Assembly (NCBI RefSeq): GCF_001194135.2
Contig: NC_068996.1
Location: 27,790,289 to 27,854,288 of the forward strand
Reading direction: 5' to 3'
DNA: 64,000 nt
Source: Octopus bimaculoides
Lineage: Eukaryota
Shown here: piece by piece, positions 37,761 through 50,720 of the stretch
How positions within the stretch are numbered: the stretch's first letter is position 1
Layout: each line of letters opens with the position of its first letter
Position numbers and translations under genes: made by a program
The notes under the pieces: model-generated
The model's input: only the letters and a program-made list of their open reading frames with translations
What the model was told of the DNA's origin: nothing
Databases searched by the model: none

Positions 37761-39416
37761 TGGATGGATGCCTCTGCTCTTCTCCTTCAGCATATTCAGG
37801 TTGGCTGAGAAGAGATCTTGGGCATGACAGGGGAAGGTCTGCATGAAGAAGACTGTAAGTGCAGTGATAAATCAGAGCAAGTGTGCTCCCACCTTCAGTA
37901 ATTATTTTAGAAGTTAAGTATTGAAAATAGCTATTCACGTCCATTAATATAATCATATCCAAATAGTCATACAGTACACTAAACCAATCCATAGATCAAT
38001 GGTTATATCTATATGGATATAAAGACATATATATATACATATGTATGTATGTGTGTGTATATATATATATATATAGATCAAGGTACAAATGAGGATATGA
38101 ACCTCGGAAGGATAAAAATGTCCAAGATTAGACTGGTTTAATGCTTAACAAAGCAGGCACATACATATATAGTATTATTAATATTGTACAAAACAAGAGA
38201 GAAGATAGATAGGATTAATAAAATTTTATTAGCATTGACAAGACCAGACTTACAATTGTTTGAATTCATTACTTACAGCATAAAAATTAACCAAATATAA
38301 TTTAACTAAATTAATTTGGTTAATTACTACAAGTGAGAATATCTTCAGGGAAGGATGCCCAAAGAAATTTATATTTAAAACAGAATGAAAACATAAAACA
38401 GGAAGAATGCAGTGTATCATCATAGTTAAAAATATAAATACATAGTTATAAAAATAGATACACACACACACATGATTTTCACTTCCATCTTATTATTTGA
38501 AATAAATTCTGAAAATTGTGACCAACAAATTGAATTAAATCAGAGGAAAAACTGATGATATTTCACTTGCATATCCATTAAGCATCTGGACATTAAATAA
38601 TAACTCCAATTTTCTTGCAAATTAAGCCATCAATGAGAATTATGTAGATCTGATGAAATCAATCGTAGTATACTTGCAATGTAAAGGAATATTATATATT
38701 CTACAGAATAGCTCTCCACAACACTTATAATAAGTGTTCTATAATCCTATTAATAAAAGTTTATTACCATGAGGAGCTCATGTCCCCAAGTATTTTGTGA
38801 TGTCATAATTAAATGTTGCTTTTTTTTTGTCTCTTCTATGTATTACTTCCTGACAAAACCTTGTCAGGCCTTGTTAGATGTTAATTGAGATCATATAATT
38901 AATTAAAAATACATAGCTTATTCACTTATTTCAGTTTTTAGAAGTTATTTCTTTACCCCCTTCTTTTGGTTGTATTTTTTTATCCCTCTTTATCCCTCTC
39001 ATTATGTACATATTTATTCTACTTTCCTTTATCCTCTTCTCTAACATTGAAAATTTATTTATTTACTGTTTTTGTTTATTTTTCATGGGAATGGTGAAGG
39101 TGAATAATTGATGTTGTCATTATTATTGTTGCACACTTGGCTATGTTCAACAGGGAACAAAATCAGACAAATTCAGTTTGCATGTCTTGCTTTTGCTTAC
39201 AGTAGACAAACTGTCATGCATTTATTATAAAACAGCCAACTCCATTGGCCATGACTAACAGATCACCTGAATCACACTTCTCTTTCTTTTACCCTTTTTT
39301 GTTTTGTTTATTTGTCTAAAATTGATTTTTGCTAAATGTGCTATTATTATTGTTATCATTATTAAGAGTGCTTAGTTTTTGGAGTCTTCCAATTATCCCT
39401 AATTTTCTGACCCTGC

Positions 39417-39590
39417 GTGTGTGTGTGCGTGTGTGTGTGCGTGTGTGTGTGCGTGTGTGTGCGCGTGTGTGCGCGTGTGTGCGCGTGTGNNNNNNNNNNG
39501 TGCGTGTGTGTGTGCGTGTGTGTGTGCGTGTGTGTGCGCGTGTGTGCGCGTGTGTGCGCGTGTGTGCGCGTGTGCGCGTGCGCGCGCGCG
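39417..39590. repeat. (GT)/(GC) compound microsatellite spanning a 10-N gap
   Basis: Direct read. Confidence 0.9.
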
Positions 39591-41668
39591 CAAATACAGA
39601 AATTATCATTTGAATATTTAATACCAATGCTTATTTTAATTAAATGTTGACAATTTTATTTTCTCTTTTTATTTTTAATGATTAAACAGTTGTTGATTTC
39701 CAGTTCAGTGAAAGGATTTCTCAGTTTTATATTGTCACTTGTAAATAAAACTGTTACTTTTTTTCAATTCAGTGTATTACTAAAATAACACTAGTAAAAC
39801 CAGGTGTACATAAAACACCCATACTAATTATTTTATATATTCAAAACTTAATTTTTCAGTTCTGTGAATTAAACTATTTTAGCTAATATTCTAGATTCTG
39901 TTTGTATATATTGTATTACTAGGTAATATAAATGTTAGCTGTGAACTTATTTATTGATTAATTCATTCTACAATGTTGTCTAGAAAAATAGTACATGTGT
40001 ATTGTACAAAATGATTACACATACAGGAGTTATATGTATTTTGTCTTACTGTGAAATTAGGCCCTCCTGTAATAGGTTCACGGAACCATTTCATGTTCAT
40101 TACTTAACATATGCTTCTTTGACCTATCGCCAATACATCAAATTATTATCTTTGGAATGATTTGAATTAAAGTATTTGTACAGCTGATTGCCAATTTAAC
40201 ATAATTAGTGATAGAGAGATGATAGAAATGTGTGTAATCAACAGCTAAATTTTTTAATGCCTTAAAAATAGGGACCATGTAAGTCGGTGAAAGAGTTCCT
40301 ATGTAGTCCCATCTGTTTAGTGTAGTAGTGAAATTTCCCTTTTGAAAACCTCATATCTTTTAAAAATAGGAATTACACTGCCCAGCTTTTATACAAATTA
40401 AATAGCCTCAATATAAAGCACAAATCCTCTATGTAAATTCTCCACTGTCTTGGAAATAGGATCAAGAAATTTTTCAGTTTTCAAATCTTATATCAATATC
40501 ACTCAATAATGGGAAAATATGAAGAAATTTTAAATATAATTGCTTATGTAATTTGCATAGTTTTACTGTAAACATTATCAATGGCAGATTTAGTTGAGCA
40601 GTGGTCAAAATATCTTCTGGTATCTAGTTGTGTTCCTTTACATTCTAAGTTCAAATTCCTCTAAGGTCAACTGCTCACCCTTCTGAGTATGATAAAATAA
40701 GTATCAGTCAAATACTGTTATTAATATAATTAAATTATAACTCCTTAAATGTTGGAAATTTATAATTTAATATTCATTAATCATTTATGATTTAATATTC
40801 ATTTTGTTTTCTATTAAAAACACTGAGGTTTTATGGTTGACTAATTCCTGTTTTGTTTTAACCCTTTTGCTATCAACCTGCCTAAGATAACCTCTGATGG
40901 CTTGATAAAAACCTAGATGCAAGTAATCTAAATTAAAACCTTCTGTTTAAATCTCATGTTAATTTATGTTCCAAACTAAGTAATGAGTTAATTTACTAAA
41001 ATCATTTTCAAAATTAATTGTATCATCACATCTTCACCATCTCTTCACTCTCCCACTGAGGTAGCCCTATACCTCCCTCAATGCAAGATACCGATTTCTG
41101 TCCCTTTGTTTATACATTAACCTCTCATCACCTGGCACAAAGCCATCTCCCTCAATACACCTGCCTTCAGTTCAGGGGGGTTTTGTCTTGCAAATAAGTT
41201 ACTTGGTGGACTTCCCTGCTGCTAGTGCCACCTAATACACTTTGTAAAGTGGTTGGCATCAGGAAGGGCATCCAGCTGTGAAATCTACTACATTATTTAT
41301 TATTAGTTATTTGTGAAAGTAACATTGTTGATAATTTGCAATGAGCCAATCTAGTTCACTATATCTCTGGTGGCAAATGTTAGAAAGATGTTTTGACATT
41401 GGTGGACTTTGTTTGAAGAGCTTTTCCCCCAAAGTTTACATTCTAAACTGGTTGGTTTTTCACTGTGGTTTCCACCATATAACATCAAATCCCAAAGGTG
41501 TCACAACACCCTAACTAGAAACAACTGGTCGTTTTACAAAGCTTGGTGTTATAGTATTTCAGCAGGCCTGGAGCAGATGAACTGAATAGAAAAGAGACGT
41601 GGGAGAGTCTAGAGCTGCCAATGTATTGACACACATCCTTGTAATGCTATGGTCATTATATTCCTTAA

Positions 41669-41885
41669 CCCTTTAGCATTTAAAGCAGTCATATCTGGCT
41701 CAAATAGTCTACCTGTTTTATATTTAAAACTGGTCAGATCTACTTCTCACACTTACCTTAGTGTCATTTTAAAAATAAGCAATGGCATCATCAAACTCTT
41801 AAAGCAATAAGATAATGTTTGATAATTCAAAACAATGTGAATGAATAAGCATTACATTTGATGGCGTAACCTGGATGCGAAAAGG
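41669..41885. mobile_element. piggyBac-type MITE, longer relative of 23854-23983
   Basis: Left end TTAA-CCCTTTAGCATT and degenerate right end gatgcgaaaagg-TTAT. It shares an internal tgtgaat(g)aa..gcattacatttgat block with 23854-23983. Confidence 0.65.
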
Positions 41886-42462
41886 TTATGGATCACTGCA
41901 CAAGTCAAGCAGAGGAGTTGCAAAAATTCCAAAATTCTTTCGTTCAGGAATGTTGTGTGATTTAAAGGTTTCAGAGGGGTTTTTTTTCTGAAGAAATAGT
42001 TTTATTGTACAAATATAAGGAAATGGAATATTTTTGTTAAATTTCTTATATCCTTTGCTATCTTTTTCTTCTTTCATTTTTAATGATTTTTTTTTTTACG
42101 ACCTAAAAAGATTAAAAAAGTATACACTAAACTCAACAATTGAAGCATATCCTAAATAAAATTAAAACAAATTAGGTGTTAAATAAGTATTTCAAGGTTC
42201 TATGTTTTGTTTGGTTGTATTTATTTATTCTTTCTAAAATTGTATTTGTTAACATTTTCTTTTCATTGTGTATATCTATGTATGTATGTGTTTATATACT
42301 CATGTGTTGGCATGTAAAGTTAACTCAGATTGAATGTGGATTCTGAAGTTTTTGTTTTGTTTTTGTTAATGTTTTCTGTTCTCTGCAAAGAAACATCTTG
42401 CCTCCTTGTCATGCTTTTATTTTTTTTTACTTGTAATGTTTTTTTTCTATTATTTATTGCAG

Positions 42463-42520
42463 GTATGGGTAAAGAACTTGAAAACTTGATTCTAGAGAAC
42501 ACTGAATTATTGGCTACTAA
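42463..42520 (+). CDS. MAPK8IP3/SPAG9: JIP3/JIP4 exon, start of leucine zipper II (GMGKELENLILENTELLAT-K), phase 1 to 2
   Basis: Acceptor tatttattgcAG, donor GTAAGT at 42521. Near identity to the recalled GMG(K/R)EVENLILENTQLLETK. Confidence 0.97.
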
Positions 42521-43739
42521 GTAAGTTACCTTAGTTTACTTTTTGTATAATTGAGTGCTATGAAATCTGTAGTTAGCAGACTGATTGTAAAGAAACTGAG
42601 AAAGCAATTGGATATCATTAGCATTGTGAGCAGGAGGGTAGGGCAATTGCATTAGTAAAAACAAGGGAGATCATGTTGGTTGAAAAAGCATTGCATGTTG
42701 TCAGTTCAAGATACATCTCCAGATGTAATGCTGTGATGCATTGTCAGTGTTGTATCCTAGAATAACTGGGTATTTGTGTCTTACAACACACCCTCATCCA
42801 GGCAACCCAACATGAATTGATGAAGCCTAGTCTTGTGTCCAACTGGCATTCTGCTATCCCCATCAATCACCTCTTTTCTAGTCAGATCCATCTAAATGCT
42901 TTCTCAGCAGCCTCTATATTGTTCTTAATTGTTCTTTTTCTTCACACTCCTGTAATGCTCAGTGTTCCATAAGCCTAACTTTGGGTTTGATCTGCAAACA
43001 TTTCACTCCCAATCTGTTTTTGTGGTAGTTCTCCTCCAAAACTCCATAGGAAGGATTTAAATATGAATTGGTAATGAAAAATAGGTGGAAGAACAGAGAC
43101 ATGTGATTACAGTTGTTTTGCGATAAATTAAACTGCACACACAATTACATTTTGGTCATTTGTTTTGGGAACAGATATTCATAACTGGTTAAGCTTTCAT
43201 ATGTAATGTCATTGTACAGAGTGGTTGTAAAAAAGCATCAGTCATAAAGGAATGCTGTTCATTATCACTGTTCCATGAAAAATATATCTGACCATGGAGA
43301 AATATTAATATGCTTGGAAACAGGTAAAGGTATCTGGCCATAGAAAATTTACTTCCAATTAACCCATGCAAGCATAGAATAGACAATAAATGATGATGAT
43401 GACTTTTTGCAACCAGTGTTTCTTTTAAGCTGTATGTACATATGTCATGTAACTATAAAATGAATGCATAGTTTGTATGTTTAAGTCATTTAGTCCTACA
43501 GTAAGCAAAATGCATTTTCAGGACTAAAAGTAGTGTATATATGATACATACCAAAATAGGTTTACATATGACAGGAGACCAAGACTCCTGGTAGTTTTTG
43601 TGCTTAAGAACAGACATCAAGCTAAGTAAAATTGAGGTTGTCCTTTCATACAGGCATGTCCCCTGCATTCATAATCTTGTGGGCTTGTGGGTGCTAGTGT
43701 TATGTAAAAAGCACTCATACTAGTACCATGTAAATGAAC

Positions 43740-43926
43740 TTGTGCTGGTGGTGCATAAAAGCACCCAGTACATTCTGAAAAGTGGTTGGCATTAGGAAGG
43801 GCATCCAGCCATAGAAACCATGCCAAAATGGTCATGTAGCCTGGGTAGCTCTTCAGCTGGCCAGATCCTGTCTAACCGTCCAACCCATGCCAGCATGGAA
43901 AACATATGTTAAATGATGATGATGAT
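43740..43926 (+). mobile_element. SINE family B, sense
   Basis: gtggttggcattaggaagggcatccagcc...ccaacccatgccagcatgg...(gat)n. Confidence 0.8.
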
Positions 43927-44338
43927 ATACTAAAGAAATAATTGTGTGTACATATTGTTGGTTACTGGCGAAAATCAATCGGCATATAGACTATTTTTAC
44001 CCATTAAAGGCAACATTATAGGATTAATTTAACATGATTTTCATCATAAAACTGACATTGAAATTTTTATCACCTGTTGTGTGCGTAATAGTAATGTAGT
44101 GATGGTGACAGTAAGTTGTAGTTACTGCTTTTGCTGTCAATTGAATCTTTAGCAATTATTTCAGTAATTGTTTTTATATAGGATATTGATTTGATTGTTT
44201 TAATATCATATATTTAAAATTGAGAGGAAGTTTTAGGTAGATTTAAAAGCATAATTAATAAATTGATGACAGAATTCAAAGATACACAGACTTTTCTCAT
44301 TATTTTTCTCATTTTCCTCCCCTCTCTTTCTTTTTCAG

Positions 44339-44395
44339 AAATGCTTTGAATGTTGTAAAAGATGACCTTATTGCCAAAGTTGATGAACTTACCAG
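44339..44395 (+). CDS. MAPK8IP3/SPAG9: JIP3/JIP4 exon, LZII (NALNVVKDDLIAKVDELT-S), phase 2 to 2
   Basis: Strong pyrimidine tract plus cAG, donor GTGAGT at 44396. Matches NALN(I/V)VK(N/D)DLIAKVDELT. Confidence 0.97.
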
Positions 44396-44959
44396 GTGAG
44401 TTTGCTCAACAATTAAATTCGGGTTTATATCCTTCTTTTGTTTGAATTAGTATATTATAATAGATAATTCAGTATGAATCTGGCAAACAAAGTCTGTAAA
44501 CCGTGTTGGAAATATTTTACATCTTTTCATCCATATTGCTCTTTCCTCTGGTATGAATATCATAATTCTGTCTTTTCTAATTCATCAAGGATATCACTAA
44601 AGCTAGTGACTCATTGATGAATGTAACTGATTATGAAAATGGAAGATATTTATCACGTTTTGTGGAGCATACAATTCTAAGAGAAGAACTTGAAAAAAAA
44701 ACAAAACATGGTTCTTATTGTAAAGACAGCTTTGTTTACAGACTTTGAATGATTACATTGTAATTCTTTCATGCTTTTCATGGTATTTTGGAAAAAAATA
44801 TTAGTATTCATTAAGTATTTTGTCATTAAAGTTTTGTAGTGAGAAACCCATTCTGTTCTGGTGTCTTCTTTCATACTTTAATTTGTCATATCCTTGCATA
44901 AAGCTGTCTCCCTATTTACTGTAGCCCTATTCAGTGTTGATGCTATGAAAAATCACCCA

Positions 44960-45114
44960 GTATACTCTGCAGAATGGTTGGTGTTAGGAATGACATCCAG
45001 TCACAGAAACCATGTTGCTGGAGCATGATGCAATCCTTGAACCAATTTGATGATGTCAAACCATCTAACCCATGCCAGCATGGAGGATGGATTGTAGATG
45101 ATGATGATGATGAT
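44960..45114 (+). mobile_element. SINE family B, sense
   Basis: tggttggtgttaggaatgacatccag...aacccatgccagcatgg...(gat)n. Confidence 0.75.
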
Positions 45115-45677
45115 TGCATAAGAATGACCAATAGTCAATACTCTCTTCCACTAAACACCTGGTTTTATATTTGGCATATTTGATGTTTATATTCTGTCTC
45201 AGACACAGCCATTAGCCAAAGTTATTTAAATCAGGGAATACACCTTTGTAATTGTTGTAGTTGAAGGTATGGTGGGAGCATTCTTAAGAATTTTATACTT
45301 TAAAAAAAAATTTTTTTTTTTTCATTACTTATATCAATTTGTTGAACTTAATATTTTTTGATACATTGGTTGGTAGATGTATCTGAGATGGTAGATGAAT
45401 TGCATTATTGTTCAAATTTTGTATCTCTTAGATTGATAAAGTACAGGTTTCAGTAATAAATTGAGTTGTAGAATGTGTGATTCAAATGACCATGCATTTG
45501 TTTGTATGTCTGCTCTAAAATCAATAATTCTTAATTCCATTTGGGAGATTTATCAATGTTACTAATTTCTCTTTGTCCTCCTTCATAAATTTTGTTTTGT
45601 CTTTACAATAATAATCTGTAATGTCTTGCTTGTGACAAATAAAATAATTTATTGCTGATCCTCTATTTCTATTCCAG

Positions 45678-45825
45678 TGAACATGAAATTATGCGCGAGG
45701 AAATCAATTCTCTACAGACAGTAAAATCACGACAAATACAGCGCATCTCAGAATTAGAAGATAACTTAAAGAAAGTGAAAGAAGAATTAGAGAAAAAATC
45801 TCAGGTTGCTCAAGCTGATGAAGAA
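45678..45825 (+). CDS. MAPK8IP3/SPAG9: JIP3/JIP4 coiled-coil exon (EHEIMREEINSLQTVKSRQIQRISELEDNLKKVKEELEKKSQVAQADEE), phase 2 to 0
   Basis: Acceptor ctctatttctattccAG, donor GTGAGT at 45826, heptad pattern, phase-consistent with both neighbours. Confidence 0.95.
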
Positions 45826-45989
45826 GTGAGTGTGAAATTTTATCTTTTTTTAATTTTTTTAGTTATTTTATTTCTCAACATCTGCCAAAGCCACCTTCCC
45901 CCTACTTTAAATACTTTCCTCACTTCGTCAAAAGGATATTTTGCATTTCTTTTTTGGTTTTGCAAGTTACTTGGTGACCTAGTACATAT

Positions 45990-46124
45990 AATAAAATAGT
46001 TGGCATTAGTAAGGGCATCCAACTGTAGATATAATGCCAAAGCTGATATTAGAACTCAATGTAGCCTTGCGTTTGCTGGATCATATCGGCATGGAAGACG
46101 GACATTAAATAATGATGATAATGA
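45990..46124 (+). mobile_element. SINE family B, sense
   Basis: ttggcattagtaagggcatccaactgtag...gcatggaagacggacattaaataatgatgat. Confidence 0.75.
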
Positions 46125-46973
46125 TTTTTCATAACCTTATATTGCAAAGCATTCCTGTTAAGATCATTCCATCATTTTTAGGGAAAGTACAGCTAATCAT
46201 TTCGCACGTCCTATCATTAAGATGAAGGCATTTTTGAAGAAGATTTGGTTGCTATTACCAGCAAACTGAGCAACTTGACTGAAGATAGGCTCTTTCAGAT
46301 TAAGGTGGATTGGATATGTACATTATTGATAATTTTATTATTATAGATGCTTTTACATGTTCACTTGATCTGCTAGAAATAGCAGCCACAGAGCTCTCCA
46401 ATCATACTCTTATCTTAAAAGAGAATGGCACTTTGAATAATGTCTTTGTTACTGTACTTTGTCTAAGCAAAAAATGGGGGTAGTCATACCTGGATTATCT
46501 TAAATTATTGACCTGTCAGTTTAGAGTTGGGGTTGAACAATACTATCAACCACCAAAAGAGGGCCAAATTTCAATTGAATTTGAACTCTGGTTGCTACTT
46601 AACTGTTTCTGTTACTCTAATGATATCTATTCATGCTATTTATGGTCTCAAGCAAAGTTGTGTGGTTAAAAGGCTTACTTTGCAAATGTCTAAATCCAGG
46701 TTTAATCCTGCAGCACAGCATCTTGTGCAAATATCTTCAAGCATAATTCCTTGTTGACTAACACCTTATGAGTGAAATTTAATTGACAGACACTGTGCAA
46801 AGAAGTCTTGTATGATTGATTAAATGTAACAGGTAAAACTAATGAGATAGATATAATTGAAGGAGAAAAACCCAAAAATCGCTTGAAGGTGATGTTTGAA
46901 ATCTAACAACTGAATGCTGCAGATGAAATTGGGATGTTTTGAAATTAACATTTTCTAAACATGTTCTTTACAG

Positions 46974-47164
46974 GATGATATTCCAATGGCTCAGAGGAAA
47001 CGGTTCACACGTGTTGAAATGGCACGGGTATTGATGGAACGCAATCAATACAAAGAACGTCTTATGGAACTACAAGAAGCAGTCAGATGGACAGAAATGA
47101 TCCGTGCTTCAAGAGAACATCCAGATTTAGCTCCTACTAAGAAGAAGTCCTCTATTTGGAATTT
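46974..47164 (+). CDS. MAPK8IP3/SPAG9: JIP3/JIP4 RH2-domain exon ([64 protein letters not shown]), phase 0 to 2
   Basis: Acceptor tgttctttacAG, donor GTAAGT at 47165. The RH2 signature [41 protein letters not shown] is diagnostic of JIP3/4. Confidence 0.98.
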
Positions 47165-48907
47165 GTAAGTATTACTTAAATTTTCATTATTTTTCCAGAT
47201 TTTTATTGCCATATTGAATAACTTTTTTTTTATTTTAATGTTCTAAATTTATCAAAATATTTTAAAACTTAATTTTGAATCAAAGAAGAAATCAAAAAAT
47301 AAAAATAGGACCCCGACAGTATTTTCATTAAATCCTTAATACTTTTACTTTTTATGTAAATAAAATTAATGTAGATTTAATGATTTTTTTTTTTATTAAA
47401 TTGTCAGTTTTCGTCTTATGTTTTTCTAATTATGCAGGGAACTAATAAAATTGACATATAAAACAAAGCCAAAAAATGTTCCCTTAACTTTAGAGTATAA
47501 GGGTGTTTTCTTGGGTCATATAAACTTAGAATGTTGCATGCAAATATACATTTCATTTTATATCATTAGAATTTAGAAACTTCAAGAGAACATGAAATAA
47601 TTCATTTTCAGCAGTTGGACTTTTTACTGGAGTCATAAATAATAGCATCTACATAACATGTAAATATTGAGTTTAAAATCCCTTTGCATAGAAAAGGTTG
47701 AGGGCTGACCGTGGGGATCACAGAAGATGACATATTTCATGTTCTCTTGAAATTTTAAAATTCTGATGATGTAGGTAATGTACAATTCTCACTGGTAAGA
47801 TCCATGTTTCTAAAATGGATAGAGAAATTCAAAGGACACATTTCAGTATTTGATATTTTAAATCTATATTTATTAAAACACTCTTAGATTACTTTCTTTT
47901 TATTTTATATCTCTATTTTTGAAAATTTTATTTGATACTTTTAAATAAAATTATCTTTACTATTTCAATACTTTTTTATTTAGCAATTAAGTTTTACACA
48001 TTTTTTGCTTTCTGTTTTTAGTATCATTTAGTAATATTGAATTTAATTTTAGTAACTTCACTTCCCACCTTATAAATTTTTTAAACAGATTATAATGGAG
48101 CTATAAATACAAACTGAAAAGAAATTTAGCTTGAAATTTAATCATTTCTTCCGATTACTATAGATTAATAAATAAAAGACACATATGTCTGTGTGTGTGA
48201 TGGTTGTTCAAGTTTATTATAAGGAGTCTGCTAGTCAGAACATTCATGTTGACTTACAAATATTATAAAGCCTGGCAGAACAAGAATATACAGTTTTTTA
48301 AAGTTTGTGCTGAAGTTGGTGCTGACTAGACTTATGTTTTCTTCAAAATGAATCTTTAAGAAGTTGCCAAAAGATTCCCCACTCTTTTTGTTTTTTAATA
48401 TGTTGACTGATTTAGGGACATATTTTATGTAGTGTCTGCATTTGAAATATTTTCTAATCACATTTAAGTTTGTTAATTCATGTCATCTGTGCAACTGCAA
48501 TATGTGTGCGTGTATGCATTTAGAGAACTGTGGTGACAAATAGTTCATTGTTATCTGCTAATATTTGAATTGGCTGAATACAAAAAAGGGTTTGTTTACT
48601 GCTTGCTGGGTAGTGTTGGTGGGTGCAGTGACATTGTTGTGTTTAGCAGGCATGATCTTCCTTTGTGCCAAATGCAAAAATATACAATCAGTTTTTCTGT
48701 GTGTTGATGAGTTTTATAGAAGTCACTAAACAGTTGGTTCTATGTTAGCAACAAAGGAAAAAGAAAGAGGGTAGGGAGGATAGTAAATTGTAGAAAAAGG
48801 AATTGGAAAATAAACACACAAGAAAGGTAAACTGAAGATGAAAGAAAATGATACAATGTAAAACATGTTTGGATGATTGTTTAGTATGGTCACCTTATTT
48901 CAACACC

Positions 48908-49085
48908 ATCATCATTTAATTTCTATGTTCCATATGGGTATGGGCTGGATGGTTTGACGGGATCCAATGGATCCAAGATTGCACACCAATGTCTGCTCTG
49001 GCATGATTCCTAAGGCTGGATGCCCTTTCTAATGTGAACCACTTTACAATGTGTACAGGGCACTTTTTTCATGCCACCAGCAATA
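48908..49085 (-). mobile_element. SINE family B, antisense
   Basis: (cat)n...atgggctggatggtttgac...ggctggatgccctttctaatgtgaaccact. Confidence 0.75.
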
Positions 49086-49689
49086 GTAAGATTGCCATAC
49101 AGCTCACAAAACTACAAAACCCTTGCCAGGGGAGGTGGGCAGCTTTATGTTGGAGATCAGGAGTTAAAGTATGAGAGAAGGTGATGGTGAACAGGTTCTT
49201 CTAGAATAGTTATATGACAAAATGTAAATATAAATGTATTAGAAAATAATTAGGTTGTAAATTGATGATATTCCAGGTGAAGTATGAATGCTATTACCTG
49301 TTTAAGATATTTATTGGAAACCTAATTGTAGTAGTACAAATACCTACTTTTTTCCATACATACCTCTATATACCTCTTTATTATCCTTCAACCTACATCT
49401 GCCAATGGGTGAAAGAGTCGTTCTTTGGAAAGATTGCCAAGAAGGAATGTGAACTTTCTATATACAAATGTTATATAGTTTTATTAATGAGTGAGTTGTG
49501 CAGCTAAAGCATACTTTGTGATCTAGCTGTACTTGAAGAAAAATTATAGTTCTGTTAAGTATAGATGTGACCTACTTATACCTAGTGATTGATGACATCT
49601 CTATAAATACTTTATTATATATATAAAATGTCTCTATAAACTTTTGCTCAATCATCTCAAGCAAATACTGTCACTTTGTAGCCAACTTA

Positions 49690-49860
49690 TCATCATCATT
49701 ATGCATCTGCTTTCCATGTTGGCATGGGCTAGACAGTTTGAAGCTGGAGAGCTGCACTAGGTTCCAGTCTGATTTGGCATGGTGTCTATGGCTGGATGCC
49801 CTTCCTAACACCAACCACTCCAAGAGTGTAATGCGTGCTTTTTATGTACCATTGGCACGG
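49690..49860 (-). mobile_element. SINE family B, antisense
   Basis: (cat)n...ccatgttggcatgggct...ggctggatgcccttcctaacaccaaccact. Confidence 0.8.
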
Positions 49861-50529
49861 GTGTCAGTTGCATGAGACTGGCACTCCCTTCAAAATTCCT
49901 GGCCTTGTGCCAAAATTAGAATATTCTTTTAAGATTTTTCAAATTCAATTCCACCTAATTTTGACATAACATCAGTTTTCAACCCTCTTGTGATTGACAA
50001 ATTAGTACTAATAGTATTACAAGTGTTGATACAATTACCTCTCTCTCTCTTTCTTTCTATGTGCAGTCTTGTATGACTGAAAAATTGCTGATGCTACTAC
50101 CTTCATCACGCCTACCACCTTTATCATAAAACAATGCATTACAGTATAAAGTTAACATTGAAGAACAACACTTGATAATATATCCTTGTCAGATTCTAAA
50201 TCTTTGGCAAAAAATATATACAGAATGTGTGAGTGTGTCCTTTTATTTTAAAATAAGTCTCCCACATCCATGATTAGTGAGTAGTTTTGATCAGCGAGTC
50301 ACGTATGCACACACACACACACACACACGCACAATGTTGAAGTTATAGCTGTATTAAGAAGTTCACTGCACATGTGATTCTGTGTTTGATCTTACTATCA
50401 GACATATTTGGCATTGGGCAAGACTCTTTTACTCTGTGGGTTGCAAAATTCCTTATGATGGAATTTGGTAGACAGTAAGTGTGCATGCAGATGCCTGTCA
50501 TGTGTGTTTGTGTAATGTACACATGTATA

Positions 50530-50720
50530 TCATCATCATCATCATCATCAAATGTCTGTTTTCTATGCAGGCATGGGTTGGATGGTTTGACAGGAACTGG
50601 CAAGCTGGTGGATTACATCTTGCTCCATTGTTGCTTTGATACGGTTTCTGCAGCTGGATGCTTTTCCAAATGTCAACCTTTTTACAGAATGTACTGAGAG
50701 CTTTTTATGTGGCACCAGCA
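50530..50720 (-). mobile_element. SINE family B, antisense
   Basis: (cat)n...gcatgggttggatggtttgac...gctggatgcttttccaaatgtcaacc. Confidence 0.75.

Noticed and set aside
39417-39590. Apparent direct duplications on both sides of 10-N gaps (also 61225-61330)
   Set aside because: This is typical of unmerged contig overlap in microsatellites, so it is probably an assembly artefact.
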